A DNA stretch of 64,000 bases from Octopus sinensis (lineage: Eukaryota), in NCBI RefSeq assembly GCF_006345805.1, contig NC_043020.1, positions 21,762,001-21,826,000 on the forward strand, read 5' to 3'. A program made the position numbers and the translations under genes. The notes below the pieces were generated by a model that searched no databases, was not told the DNA's origin, and saw nothing but the letters and a program-made list of their open reading frames with translations. Every line of letters starts with the position of its first letter. Positions within the stretch are counted from its first letter, which is position 1. Of the stretch, positions 52,316-64,000 are shown piece after piece.

Positions 52316-52865
52316 GTGAATTACTTTCATTTTATTCGTTGCACACTGTGTGTGTGCATGTGCGTGTGGTGTAAACCACATTAAGAAAAGCATTTGACAT
52401 ACACACCAGAATGTGAGTTTTCTGTAAATTTTGCTGAATTGGAGTTTAAATTTTAAAAACTGGACCTGGCATGACCCGATGCATTCTACTCTTAAAAATG
52501 CTAGGTAAATTGTAATTGAAGAAATCCTATATTGTAGATTTCTATAAGTGACAAAGGGAGGCAGATAAAATCTGCCTTTTATAATAAGAGATATATCTCT
52601 TATTATAAAAGGCAGATTTTATCTGCCTCCCTTTGTCAGTTATAGAAATCTACAATATAGGATTTCTTCAATTACAATTTACTTAGCATTTTTAAGAGTA
52701 GAAAGCATCGGGTTTTGCCAGGTCCACTTTTTAAAATTTAAACTCCAATTCAGCAAAATTTACAGAAAACTCACATTCTGGTGTGTATGTCAAATGCTTT
52801 TCTTAATGTGTTTTACACCACACGCACACACACAGTGTGCAACGAATAAAATGAAAGTAATTCAC
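52316..52865. repeat. Spacer-less ~550-bp palindrome of two head-to-head Helitron-like 5' ends
   Basis: Centre between 52593 and 52594. Each arm starts TCTCTTATTATAAAAGGCAGATTTTATCTGCC. Confidence 0.85.
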
Positions 52866-53426
52866 CTTTTGTAGTGAGTGACTCTTTCAGTCTGCCACTT
52901 CCTCTTTACACACACAGACACGCAAATATATAAATAAAATTGTAAGCTAACGTGCGTGTGTGTGAGTGTGTGCGTGTGTGCGTGCGTGTGCGTGTGACAG
53001 GAAAGTATTTTAGGACAAATATAAGACCTATATCGGCGATGTTTCGCTTGTCGTAGCACAGGTTTCCGTCGATTTCCGTAAAAAACTTTTATTTTTTTAC
53101 ATAAGTAATGAGAGCGAAAGAGACTAAGAGAAAGCGATTGTATGACGAGGAAGTTCTTTTGAAGTTACGTGCATGGGACGCATTGATGTACATGTGTGTG
53201 TGTGTTTGATGGAGTGTGGGAGACAGACAGTATGTGTGTGTAAGTGAAGTGCTTCTGTTAGTGTGTGAAAAGACAGAGTGAGAGTAATGTGTGTGAAAGA
53301 GAGAGATAACTGAAATTTTTACTCGGTTTATGTGTATATGTATGTATTCGGTTGATGAAAGCTACTGCTGTTTGCGATAGTAATCGAAGAGGAACAACTT
53401 CTGGATCACCTCTACTAAATGTCCAC

Positions 53427-53526
53427 NNNNNNNNNNNNNNNNNNNNNNNNNNNNNNNNNNNNNNNNNNNNNNNNNNNNNNNNNNNNNNNNNNNNNNNNNN
53501 NNNNNNNNNNNNNNNNNNNNNNNNNN
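53427..53526. other. Assembly gap (100 N)
   Basis: N run next to a TA microsatellite. Confidence 0.99.
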
Positions 53527-55426
53527 CATATATATATATATACATATATACATATATATATATATATACATATATACATATATATATATACTATATACAT
53601 ATATATATATATATACATATATACATATATATATATATACATATATATATATACATAATACATATATATATATACATATATACATATATATATATATATA
53701 TTATATATATATAAGTATGTATATATTTGCGTGTGTGTTTGTCCTCCCACCTTGCTTGATAATCGATGCTGGTGTTTATGTCCCTGCAATGCCCATACAC
53801 CAGAATGGGCGCAGTCACTTGACTGAAACAAGTGGTGGGGGGGAGATGTGTGTGTGTCTATATCGAATAAATTAGAACTCTGCTATACACATTGAGTACT
53901 CTCATTCGATTCGTCGAGCATCAATGCACGTTATATGATTAGACAGGGAAGTAAATTCCTCGGAACTTAGCAATGCAAAATGGTTTGGAAATCCTTAATA
54001 TTCAACTATAAAGAGAGGAAGGAAAAATGAAGTATCCATTAATGAGAACTGCAGCAAGCGAATTATAGAACGGAGAGAATTTTGTTTATCATAACACCAA
54101 GAACGAATGAACATTCCAGCTATAGCAGTAAATCTCGACCATCTTTTTCATCTGATTATTTTATTCGTTTCATTCGATGCTTAAAAATTAGTTTTATAAT
54201 ATAGTTTCAAAATTCCTATTATGCTTTTCACATACTTGTGTGAAGTCGAACTGTGCAAAACGTTAAAGAAACAGTAACATTTTGCAATACATCTACATCA
54301 AAATTTTTCATGGACCCTTAAAATACTACCTGTGGATCTCCAATTTACTATTTAGCTTTTGTGGACCTCTAGGGGTCATATGGATCACGGCTGAGAGTCA
54401 ATGAGCTATATTAACACTCCAACTAGTTGCCATTTAATAAAATGATGGTAAGATTAGAATCCATCAGATAAAAACGTGTGTGTATAATCTTTATATGATG
54501 ATTCACACCGTCGCTCGATGTAATAATTTTTTTCAGGCAACAATAGAAATGAATCATTTTAAAACGTTAGTCAAAAACGAGTATACGAGAGAGGGAAAAT
54601 AAGACTGCAATAGACAAAATTATTTAGAATCCCACAAAGAAAATGCGAACCAAATGTATGAAATTCTTTACATATAACTACGGGTGGGAGGCACGAAAAT
54701 GATGTTTCAGAGCTTACATATGTGCCTGTACATATATACACACACATAGAGAGAGGCTGGTTCTGAAATGCCCTCAGTATTTAATATATAAAAGCAAAAT
54801 GACTTTTAATTTTATATAGCCTATCTTATTTAAATGCTTCTAAGTCATCCAGTACATTGTTTAAGCATTCTGAAACGTGATTGCTCAGAGTTCAAGAAGC
54901 TTCTAATACACAGACTACCAAGACAAAGCTTTTATATACTGTAATCTTTGACCGACATATATTATCCTCGTACGTCGAGGAATAAAATGAACTTTCGTAT
55001 GCATCAAGTTACTTCATATTTTGTGTGTGTATATATATATATATATATAAACCAACAACGTCATAGTTATGCGTATATTGTACATACAACACACTTAAGC
55101 AAACTCCCACACAAATCGGAAAATACCAAAAAGAGAAAAATGTGTATGTGGGGGAGTCTATTAGGTACTAACTGTACGAAATATTAGTAATAGAATGAAA
55201 AGAATGGAATAGTCATGGTTGGAACGACTTTAATTATAGATTTTTGCAGGATTTAAAAGAATTGATCAGATGAGAGATGACGTCGAGAGTACATCTAGAA
55301 TAATAGTAGTTATAATTATAACTAAAATGTGAAAATTTTCCAAACACGAGAAAGAAAAAAAAAAAAATTAGAAAGAACCGGCATCAAAATAAAAAAAATG
55401 CGTCAGTATCGAGTGAAGATACTTAC

Positions 55427-55640
55427 CAGAATATTTCTGCACATTGATCGTAACAAATATAGTATATTCGCTTCTACAGCGATTTCCACCAATAAACAAA
55501 AAGCTGTCCGACAAGACAACTGAAGACGAAGAGCGACACAACAACTTGGCTGGAGTGATTGCAGTCTCACAGATAAGGAGGAAACATGGCTACCGTACTC
55601 TTACGGACATGACGTCACAACATTCGGAGGTCACGTGATA
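55427..55640 (-). promoter_or_regulatory. Candidate promoter and non-coding first exon, possibly of PRL
   Basis: TGACGTCA (55610-55617), GTCACGTGAT (55630-55639), YY1-like GCCATGTT near 55590, CpG-rich unique sequence, and a consensus donor TG|GTAAGT with the exon ending at 55427. Confidence 0.5.
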
Positions 55641-55786
55641 GGATTAAAGGCCATGTCGCGTTGATTCGTATTCATTTTCTTTTTAGAACACATACACACA
55701 CACGTATGTGCGTATGTATGTATGTATGTATGTGAACATATATGTATATATATATATATAATATATATATATATATATAACATATA

Positions 55787-55832
<46 letters not shown>

Positions 55833-55968
55833 ATATATATATATATATAATATATATATACATATATATATATATTATATATATGTATATATATGTATAT
55901 GTATATATATATATATGTATATATAAAACAAATATAAGAGAGTGGTCAATCTCACCCTTATTAATTAA

Positions 55969-56014
<46 letters not shown>

Positions 56015-56131
56015 TATATATATATATATGTATTATATATATATATATATGTATATATATGTATATATATATATACATATATATATATATAACATATATA
56101 TATATGTATATATATGTATATATATATATAC

Positions 56132-56215
<84 letters not shown>

Positions 56216-56889
56216 CGTGCAGATATTTTATGTGCTTCAATACTTTTTATTAACGAAATAGTTTTCTTAAATGCATGACTAACTCCCAATCTTGATATAT
56301 CAGGATGACAAATAGCTTGACTCATTGACTAGAAAAGTTATATTATTTAAAAAAAAAAAACTTCTGCCAAGACGATTGATCTTCCCCACCCACAAAAGTG
56401 TCTTATCTGATACCAGAGTCCTGTACTATTTTCATTGGTCAGTTTAATAGCTGATTCATTGTGAAATCAAAGATTAGGTTGCTAAATTTAGGCTCATTTC
56501 ATCATAATTATTTTTGTGAATGTGATCAGCAACAGTAGTAACAACAACAACAATTCAATAGAAATAGTGAAAACAACCACAACAGCAACTAAACTCACCA
56601 ACATCGTTATTCCAATATGTCACCAGATGGAAAGTTTGAATGAAAAAAGTAGTAATATATCACATCATACAACACACACAAACAACTTTTTAGACAGAAA
56701 ATTTGAAAACAACTGGAAAGAATTATTTGCTAGTATAGCTTTTGTTCTTTCTCCAGCAGTTTACATACAGAATTTTAAAACGTTCAGATCAATGATCCAG
56801 AAATATTTTTATTGACCAACCACTCTAGTCTAGCTACTCTTATTCACAAGATTTTACAGTAGGTTCATATATATATATATATATATATT

Positions 56890-57110
56890 TCTGTAAATGT
56901 TATATGTGACAATTATTCGGTAGCCATGATAAAACTCTGAGTTTCAGATGCCTAGGTGGCATATAGCATTTTTCCGATGGCCGAATTACTGAAGAGATGG
57001 CGGCGTGGATTTCCATCTCGGCATCCGAAACTCAGAGTTTTATCATGGCTACTGAATAATTGTCACATATTACATTTACAGATAAATTCCTCTATTTACA
57101 TAATATCGAC
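56890..57110. mobile_element. Fold-back repeat (63-bp arms, 67-nt spacer), likely Penelope pLTR-derived
   Basis: 56890-56952 is the reverse complement of 57020-57082. CTGAAGA...CCGAAAC on the plus strand. Confidence 0.65.
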
Positions 57111-57346
57111 GTCCCTTTCATTCTTTTGTTGTCTTACCATTTTTATCAATATATATATATGTATGTATATATATGAAGTTAAATATATGTCAAGTCATAG
57201 AGTGACCAATGGTTTTTCATCCATAGAGTGCTTGGCTTTATAGACTTGTCAGACTCCAATGACTGTAGACATATATTCTCTACACAAACAGGAGGCAGAA
57301 AACTGTCATAGTCAGTTAATTAGTAAACAAAGAATATTCTATACTG

Positions 57347-57565
57347 CAGTGGTTTTCAACCAGGGTTCCGTGGAACCTTAGGGTTCTGCCAGTACAGTTC
57401 AGGGGTTCCGCAAGAAGTTACAAAAATGCTAAAATCGACAGTAATTTTTAATTCTCCTGTGCAGATATGTGTGCATAAGACAATTAAATTATTGCTCAGG
57501 GGTTCCTCGAGCCAGTGAAATGTTTTCTTGGGGTTCCGCTCCAGTAAAAAGGTTGAAAAGCACTG
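57347..57565. mobile_element. hAT-type MITE
   Basis: CAGTGGTTTTCAACC and GGTTGAAAAGCACTG TIRs with a perfect 8-bp TSD CTATACTG. Confidence 0.92.
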
Positions 57566-57789
57566 CTATACTGTCTGAACCTTAAACAGGACGGGTTATC
57601 ACCCTTAGATTGGTCTGATTAGCAAAATCTTATGGTTATAATTGACCCACAGGGAATCTCCTCCCTAATCAACAAATGGGAAATACCATGCCTGCAGCAG
57701 GTAGTGTCTAAAATGTAAACAGGGAAATAGATTACTTCTGGAGTTTAAGAGCATCACTGGGTTGAGCGAGTCTTTAAGGATCCTTGCCC

Positions 57790-58685
57790 ACTCTGCTATG
57801 CAAAGCATATGTATGTATGCATGTATGTATTTTTTTATTTGTTTCAGCCATGCAGCTGAAGTACCACCATAGTTTTGTTGATTTCCTCAGGCTGGGAGGT
57901 TTCACATCACCACTCTTGCATGTTCTTTTGTCCCAGCGGTTGTCCCATTTGGTGTATGAGGGAATTTGATTCTGCTGCACTTGTCTGTACCTCATGCCAG
58001 GCTGTCTGTTCATTTTGTATTGTAGAGAGGAGGATGTCTGCTTTCTTTTTGAAGACATCTACATCCACATTATGTAGATATAAAAACTTTTGTGGCAAGG
58101 CATTGAAGAGTTGTGGGACTTTGAATCCTAGGCCTTTGCAGTACCTGGTCCTGAATTTAGATGGAGTGGATGGTATGATACAATGACATTCAGTTCTGGC
58201 ATTTGTATAACATTCAATGCCAAAATTAGGTACTAAACCCTTCTAAAGTTTTTCATATGTAGATTATTATATATCTGTTGTGCCTTTGCTTCAGGGAGTA
58301 AGTCACAGTTTTCTCAGCCTCTCCCTGTAGCTCATCCACTGCACTGTTTCAATCTCTTTAGTGAAGTGACATTGGACTGCTTCAAGGTCCGCTGTTAGTT
58401 TGGCACTATGTGATGACCATAGCTGAGAGCAGTAGTGAACAAAGGTCCTCCACAGGGTAAACATAATTTCTTGGTCTCTTAAAGGACTTTAGTATCCATT
58501 TCTTGGTCTCTTGAAGGACCTTAGTATCCATCCTACCAATTGTCTACACTTTGCTGCCATCTTCTTAATTTGCATATGAAATGATGCATCATTGCACATA
58601 TCGATCTCCAAGTCTTTCACTACCTGTGACTCTGGGATTGCAGTGCCTTCAGGTCCTGTATATGCAGGCTGCAGTGCATTCATGA
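57790..58685 (-). mobile_element. 3' fragment of a CR1/L2-like LINE
   Basis: VVKDLEIDM.NDASFHMQIKK..AKCRQLVGWILRSFK and QLFNALPQ..LYLHNVDVDVFKKK. Confidence 0.7.
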
Positions 58686-59559
58686 GTTGACAGTACAGTG
58701 CTTGTATGTATGTATGTATGTATGTATGTATGTATGTATGTATGTATGTATGTATGGTCGCTTGTATGTCAGGTCACTCATGAGTGCTACTGGTAACATA
58801 GAACCCAGTACATGTTGCATGGTTAGGTTGCCAGCAACTAAACCAGCACCCCCACCAGGCTTTTCTGGTGAGGAGTGTTGCTAGGAACCCAGCAGGACTA
58901 AAAACAAGACCTCTTAAAAGGCCAGATGAAGTTAGTGCAGGTTCAATGACTATCTAGCAATAGCACGAGTATGCAGAAATTCTGGGATGGTGTCCGGCAT
59001 GCTGTAAGGCCACTGGGAGTGAGGCACCCCTGAACTCTTGCTGAAGCATGTTTCTAGGAGAAAGCTACTCTGATATAAAACCAGATATGCAGAGAATAGC
59101 ATTAGACATTTTATGCTTGAGATCATGGCACTCCCACATCCCTGAGCCAGCAACTTATATTGGTGCCTGACATCTTGCCTTGGCTTATCTCACAAGTCCT
59201 TATTGGACCTAAACTTTGCACAGGCATTGCTGACCTTTTCCTTTACATGTGCATTCCTTTTCTTTTTTTCTTTTTAGATATATATTGATATATATTTTTA
59301 TTTGGAAGTCCTGCAGTGATGGGAAAGTGGTGAAGCATGCAAACCTGATAGGTTGGAAGCATGTCGTCAATGACCTGCATGTAGGTGGCCTATGTTAAAT
59401 ATAAAGTAGTCTCCTTGTCACCTAAGATAGTGATAGGTTTCAGTTGCTGCATGGATGTCTGGGCAGCTCCATTTAGGGAGAGCTCCACTTACCTGGAGGC
59501 CAGAGAGGTTCTAGAAAAGGTGAACAAAAATTGCCTGTCTTTCTCTATCTGGTCAGTTT

Positions 59560-61922
59560 AGCATGACTGTTGGATGTCAATCCTGTGCTCTCAAAGCAAT
59601 GAGAATACTTATAAAATCTGGTTGGAACTTGAATATTTCAAGTTGGAATGTGCACACTCTGTGGGATAATAAGAGAGATCGTAGGCCTGAAAGACACACC
59701 GCATCTGTTACTTGGGAGCTGAACTATTATAACACTGATATAGCTGCACTTTCAGAGACTTGTGTAGAAGGTGATGGTCAGCTTGAGGAAGTAGGAGGTG
59801 GATACACCTTTTTTGGAAGTGGAAACTGAAGGAGGAGTGCAGAGTGGCTAGTGCTTAAGGATTTCAGATTGAACTGCAAAGCCAGCACTTTGGCTTTGCA
59901 GTTCAATCTGAAGTCCTTAAGAAGTTAGAGAAGCTTCTTGTTTCTTTCCTATAAATGATTCTCTAATGATTCTATGTTTGCACCTGAGGGGTGGGTGCTT
60001 TGCTACTTTAATAAGTGCTTATGCACTTACTTTCACCAGTTGTGATGAAAATGAAGCTATTTTCTATACCCAACTGAGAGCTATACCTAGGAAAATCCCC
60101 AATTCTGATAAAGTCATTCTCCTGAAGGATTTCAATGCCAGGGTTGGAACAGATTGGCAGACATGGAACTCTCTTGGATGTTTTGGTGTAGGGAAGATGA
60201 ATTGCAATAGTTTCATGCTTCTGGAGCTTTGCAAGGAATATGGACTTTACATTGCAAGCAATCATTTTAAGCACAGAGGTGATCACACAACAGCATGGAT
60301 GAACCCAAGGTCTAAAGTTTGGCACTTGCTGGATTGTGTCATCATTCGCAAGTGTGATGTCTATGACATTTGTAATATCAAGTCCTTTCATGGTTCAGAG
60401 TACTGGACAGACCACAGCCTGGTGCAAGCAAAGTCCCAGATGATGATCCCAATGAAAGAAAGAAGAGGGCCAGTTGGCATTCCTCGGCATCTAAATCTCC
60501 ATAAAATAGATGATGCTGTGGTGAGGAAAGAACTTCAGAATTGTTTATCCAGCATTGAAAATACTACAATGTGGGAAGATTTCTGAGACTAGGCTCTTCA
60601 ATGTGCTGCTGAAACACTGGGACATGCTACTTCCAGACACATAGACTGGTTTGATGAAAATGATGCTGAAGTTCAGGGACTATTGGTTGTTAAGTGCCAT
60701 GCCCACAGTATATTACTGCACTGAGGACTTTCAGTTGTGCAGCAAAATCCAACACTTGCCCACTAGAGCAGTGTAAAATCACTACTGCAGTGATATCTCA
60801 GGAAGATGCAGAACACCTGGTGTGGGGACCTTGCATGTGATGTTCAGGCTGCTGCTGATGCAAATAACAACAAGAAGCTTGACCATCTTATGAAGCAAGT
60901 TACTCCTTTGCATTCCAAGGAGTCTTCTACTATGTTTATTAAATCAACAGAGATCACAGGTCACTTGATTGGACATTTTTCTGAACTCTTAAACTGTGAG
61001 ACAATTGTCCATGAAGCCGTGATTGACACTATGCAACAAAGACCTGTCATTAGCTCCTTAAATTCCATGTCCTAAATAGGTGAGATAATGACAGCAAGAA
61101 GTAAATTAAATCTTAGTAAGGCACCTGGTAGGGATGGTATTTGTGCTGAGGTCCCGTGATCACATCACATAGTCCCTTAATGAACTTATTAGTGTAATCT
61201 GGAGGAATGGTGCAATGCCTAAGGCCAGGAAGGATGCAATTATTCTTCCTCTCTATAAAAGAAAGCCAGAGTAGAGTGTGGCAATTACAGAGGTATTGCT
61301 CTACTATTAGCTGCTGGCAAGGTTCTGGTAAGTATTCTTACCAGAAATATATAACATATGTATAACATATATAACATATATAGAAATATATAACATAATT
61401 TCACTAACCAAATTAATAAATGGGGGAGCTCCCATATTACAAATACATAACAAAAACATCAATAAACTCATTATAGGATTATAATTAATTATTCCTCCAC
61501 ATAAAAATAATCTTTGTCTATTAATCTTTTCATAAATTAAATTTCCCAAACAAAACATCATGTCTTGTAAATGATATCCTATCTGAATCTCAATGTGGTT
61601 TCTGATCTGGAAGAGGAATGATGGATATGATTTTCACAATGAGACAGATGTAGAAGTACTATGAGCAGAATATGTATCTTGTCCAGATATTCATTTATTC
61701 AACCAAGGCCTTTGATACTGTGAATAGGGTTTCCCTATGGAAAATACATGGCAAACCTGGATGTCCAGATCACTTTGTATCAATAATCAAATCATTTCAT
61801 GATGGAATGGAGGCTTGGGTCAATGTTGGTGGTAGCATGGCGGGACCCATCCCTGTAGAGAATGGTGCCAAGCAGGGTGGCACCCTTGTCCCAACTCTCT
61901 TTTCTCTGTACTTTGCTGCTTT
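59560..61922 (+). mobile_element. Decayed RTE (BovB/RTE-1-like) LINE interrupted by a NUMT
   Basis: ISSWNVHTL..RPERHTA..IAALSET..GYTFF; ISAYA..DFNARVG; NYRGIALL..AGKVL; ESQCGF; KAFDTVNR; GAKQGGTLVPTLFSLYF. Confidence 0.9.
61345..61562 (-). pseudogene. ND4: NUMT: fragment of mitochondrial NADH dehydrogenase subunit 4
   Basis: In invertebrate mitochondrial code it reads MMFCLGNLIYEKINSQSLFLCGGMINYNPMMSLLMFLLCICNMGAPPFINLVSEIMLYISMY, matching the ND4 FCL.N..YE...S.S...NMAAPP..NL..EI motif. Confidence 0.88.
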
Positions 61923-61929
61923 TCAAAAT

Positions 61930-62800
61930 AAATAAAGTCATTTCCCAATCATATAGGACTTGGTACTTCTTGACTTTCTTGTCCACTGTCTTCGCAATAT
62001 TCTGGTCTGCAGGTATGTTGCAAAGATCTGTTCTATCTTCTTCTTTAAAAAAAACATGTCTTAACCATCTCCATGATTCCCCATCACCTTCATCCAATAT
62101 TTGCTGAAAAACTCTCTGTGTAGGACTTTCTCTTTCCATTTGATGATCTTTTCTCTGTTTGTCCTTATGTTGTAATCCTGGAGGGTCTCAACATTGTCAC
62201 TGGTCACCTTCTCATTGAGTGAAGCCTGCAACATTCTTTCAGCACTATTCCCCAGATAGGCATGTAAGGACTTGATCTCCTTCATAACACTGTCTTCAGT
62301 TCTTGCACCCCCAAATCATCCATGTGGTAATTGTGGTAATTTGGTCTTATGTTTTTCTGCAGTTTGTAACCAGCTTCCATCTTTTTCACAACCATGGAGA
62401 ATCGTAGCATACTAACAATAAACATCAGGTGTAACACAGTCTCCTCGAAAGATTCCTGTCTTGATGTTGACTTGTCCAATTTCCCTCCCACCTGCAGTCA
62501 AAACTGGCTTCCAGTTCCTTATACTGTTTTTCTATAAATAAATCATATTTTTAGCTGCCCTGACTATCTCCAGGCATTTTAAAATCTATGAGTGAGGAAC
62601 TATATCATATGCATGTGCTTGATAGGCTTATCAACCTTCTCTGATAATTCCTTAAAATTGCCTTATCTATAACCAACAGATTTTTTGTTCCTCATGATCC
62701 CTTCCTTCAGCCTTACTGTTCATTCACTTCCAAGATGTTTGTACAATTTCTTTCTCATTATTCCAGTTAGAAGCTTCCACATCACAGGCAAATAAGCAAT
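61930..62800 (-). mobile_element. Rearranged remnant of an R4/Dong-like (REL endonuclease) non-LTR element
   Basis: AYD.VPHS.ILKCLE, HMDDL, WKEKVLH.EF..WL.H..K.E and KKVKKYQ.L motifs. Confidence 0.6.
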
Positions 62801-63386
62801 TGGATGATAGGTTACTGGTTATGGATCATCATCATGATCATCATCGTCATCGCCATCTTCCTCCTCATCATTGTATTATTATTGTTATTATTATCATTAT
62901 TATTATTAAGCATTATACTTCTGGTTGGAAGGCTAGAAAGTCAGTTGGAGCTTGACAGGTATTTTTGTTCTCAAAACTATATTATTGATATTATTGTTTA
63001 AAAGCATAAGACAGTAGTCTTTGTCCCCAGAAAAAAATGAGCTAAATAATATTTGGACTTTGTGCCTGAATATTTTAGTATTTGCGAAATGTTTACACAT
63101 TTGCAAGTGAGAAATGAGGTGTGAGGTGGGTGTAACTTTCTAACACAAAACAAACCAGTTTATAACAGCAGGAAAAGTCATGTAAATGTAATTTTCACTG
63201 ACACAAGTAACAATTTCAAGGACAAAATTGATGAGTAGAAGAACAATAAAAGTTAGAGTCCTCAGAATAACACCAAGTATCAACATATGGTGGCTCATGG
63301 GATATGTGATCATGGAGGGCAGTAGCACCCTCCTCCTAAAAGTCCAACGGACACAAAGAGAGAACTAGGTTGAGATAGATTTGGAA

Positions 63387-64000
63387 ATGCTAATACAAAT
63401 AAAGCCACAAGACTTGGAAAACATCCCAGACTATGTCTGCCTCAAGGGTAGGAGGAAATTACTCTTGACCACCGAGGGCAGAAGGCCTCATTGCTTCGCT
63501 TGTCATGAAGCAACACACCTACAAGCACTCATCCCTCAGCAAAAAGGTACAGGGGTCCATAGACCTCTGTTGACACCAACATTATGGCTGGGAAAACAAA
63601 AAACAGGACCAGCTGTAGAAAGATCATCACCAACAATAGGGAAAGCAGCAAAAATAGCAACAACACCAGCAGGAAAACTGTCAGAGAGGTCAACCACAAA
63701 ACCAACACCTCGCAACCAAGCTCAACAAACTCACCCTCTAACAAACAAACACGCAGAAAAAGATACACATACAAACACGAATTCACTTCCACACAAAGAA
63801 GAGGAGGTTGCAACTGGCACTATTTCTATCACATTGAAAAGTGATGATGAGGGGGAACAGATTAAATCCAAAAGACCAAAAAGAAGTCACGGAAGTGAGG
63901 CATTTTGTCCTGCACCAAAACAAGATAACAAGAAACTGCACTCGCACCCACAACAAACACAGACACTCAGACAACTCCTGAGGCACCACAATCATCAACT
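63387..64000 (+). mobile_element. Gag/ORF1-like open frame with a degenerate zinc knuckle, running off the window; likely LINE ORF1
   Basis: MLIQIKPQDLENIPDYV..TTEGRRPHCFACHEATHLQALIP followed by a low-complexity K/T/P tail, with no stop before 64000. Confidence 0.5.

Noticed and set aside
52866-53110. Possible alternative first exon with donor AG|GTGAAT
   Set aside because: The donor coincides with the end of the palindrome arm, and the sequence looks like a continuation of the Helitron-like repeat.
48142-56325. Long Y/I/M/C/V/H-rich ORFs up to 599 aa
   Set aside because: Translations of TA/CA microsatellites, which lack stops in most frames.
61307-61561. Nuclear membrane-protein gene
   Set aside because: Better explained as an ND4 NUMT with no splice context, embedded in a LINE.
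1-64000. CRISPR arrays, operons or other prokaryotic systems
   Set aside because: The window is eukaryotic with spliceosomal introns, and no regularly spaced repeat-spacer array was seen.

Overview
AT-rich, repeat-dense eukaryotic DNA, most likely from an octopus. That call rests on the SINE/MITE families and a cephalopod-like mitochondrial ND4 insertion, and it is an inference. The only host protein-coding gene I can support is a PRL-family phosphatase (PTP4A/PRL-1) on the minus strand. Two coding exons are present (13568-13458 and 8739-8647). The catalytic CX5R and CAAX exons are not in the window and presumably lie left of position 1. The start-codon exon probably extends to an acceptor at 14067 and carries three uORFs, including a 28-aa candidate counterpart of the Mg2+-sensing PRL uORF. 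A candidate promoter and non-coding first exon lie at about 55640-55427. Most of the rest is decayed mobile DNA: a near-complete Penelope-like element with direct pLTRs, RTE, CR1-like and R4-like LINEs, Helitrons, Tc1/mariner, piggyBac, hAT and Chapaev-like transposons, MITEs, SINEs, long TA microsatellites and one 100-N gap. The most interesting observations are the PRL uORF leader, three hammerhead-ribozyme-like motifs (one with a G3:C8 core swap, one with C at position 9), an ND4 NUMT inside a LINE, and a nested transposon stack with verifiable target sites.
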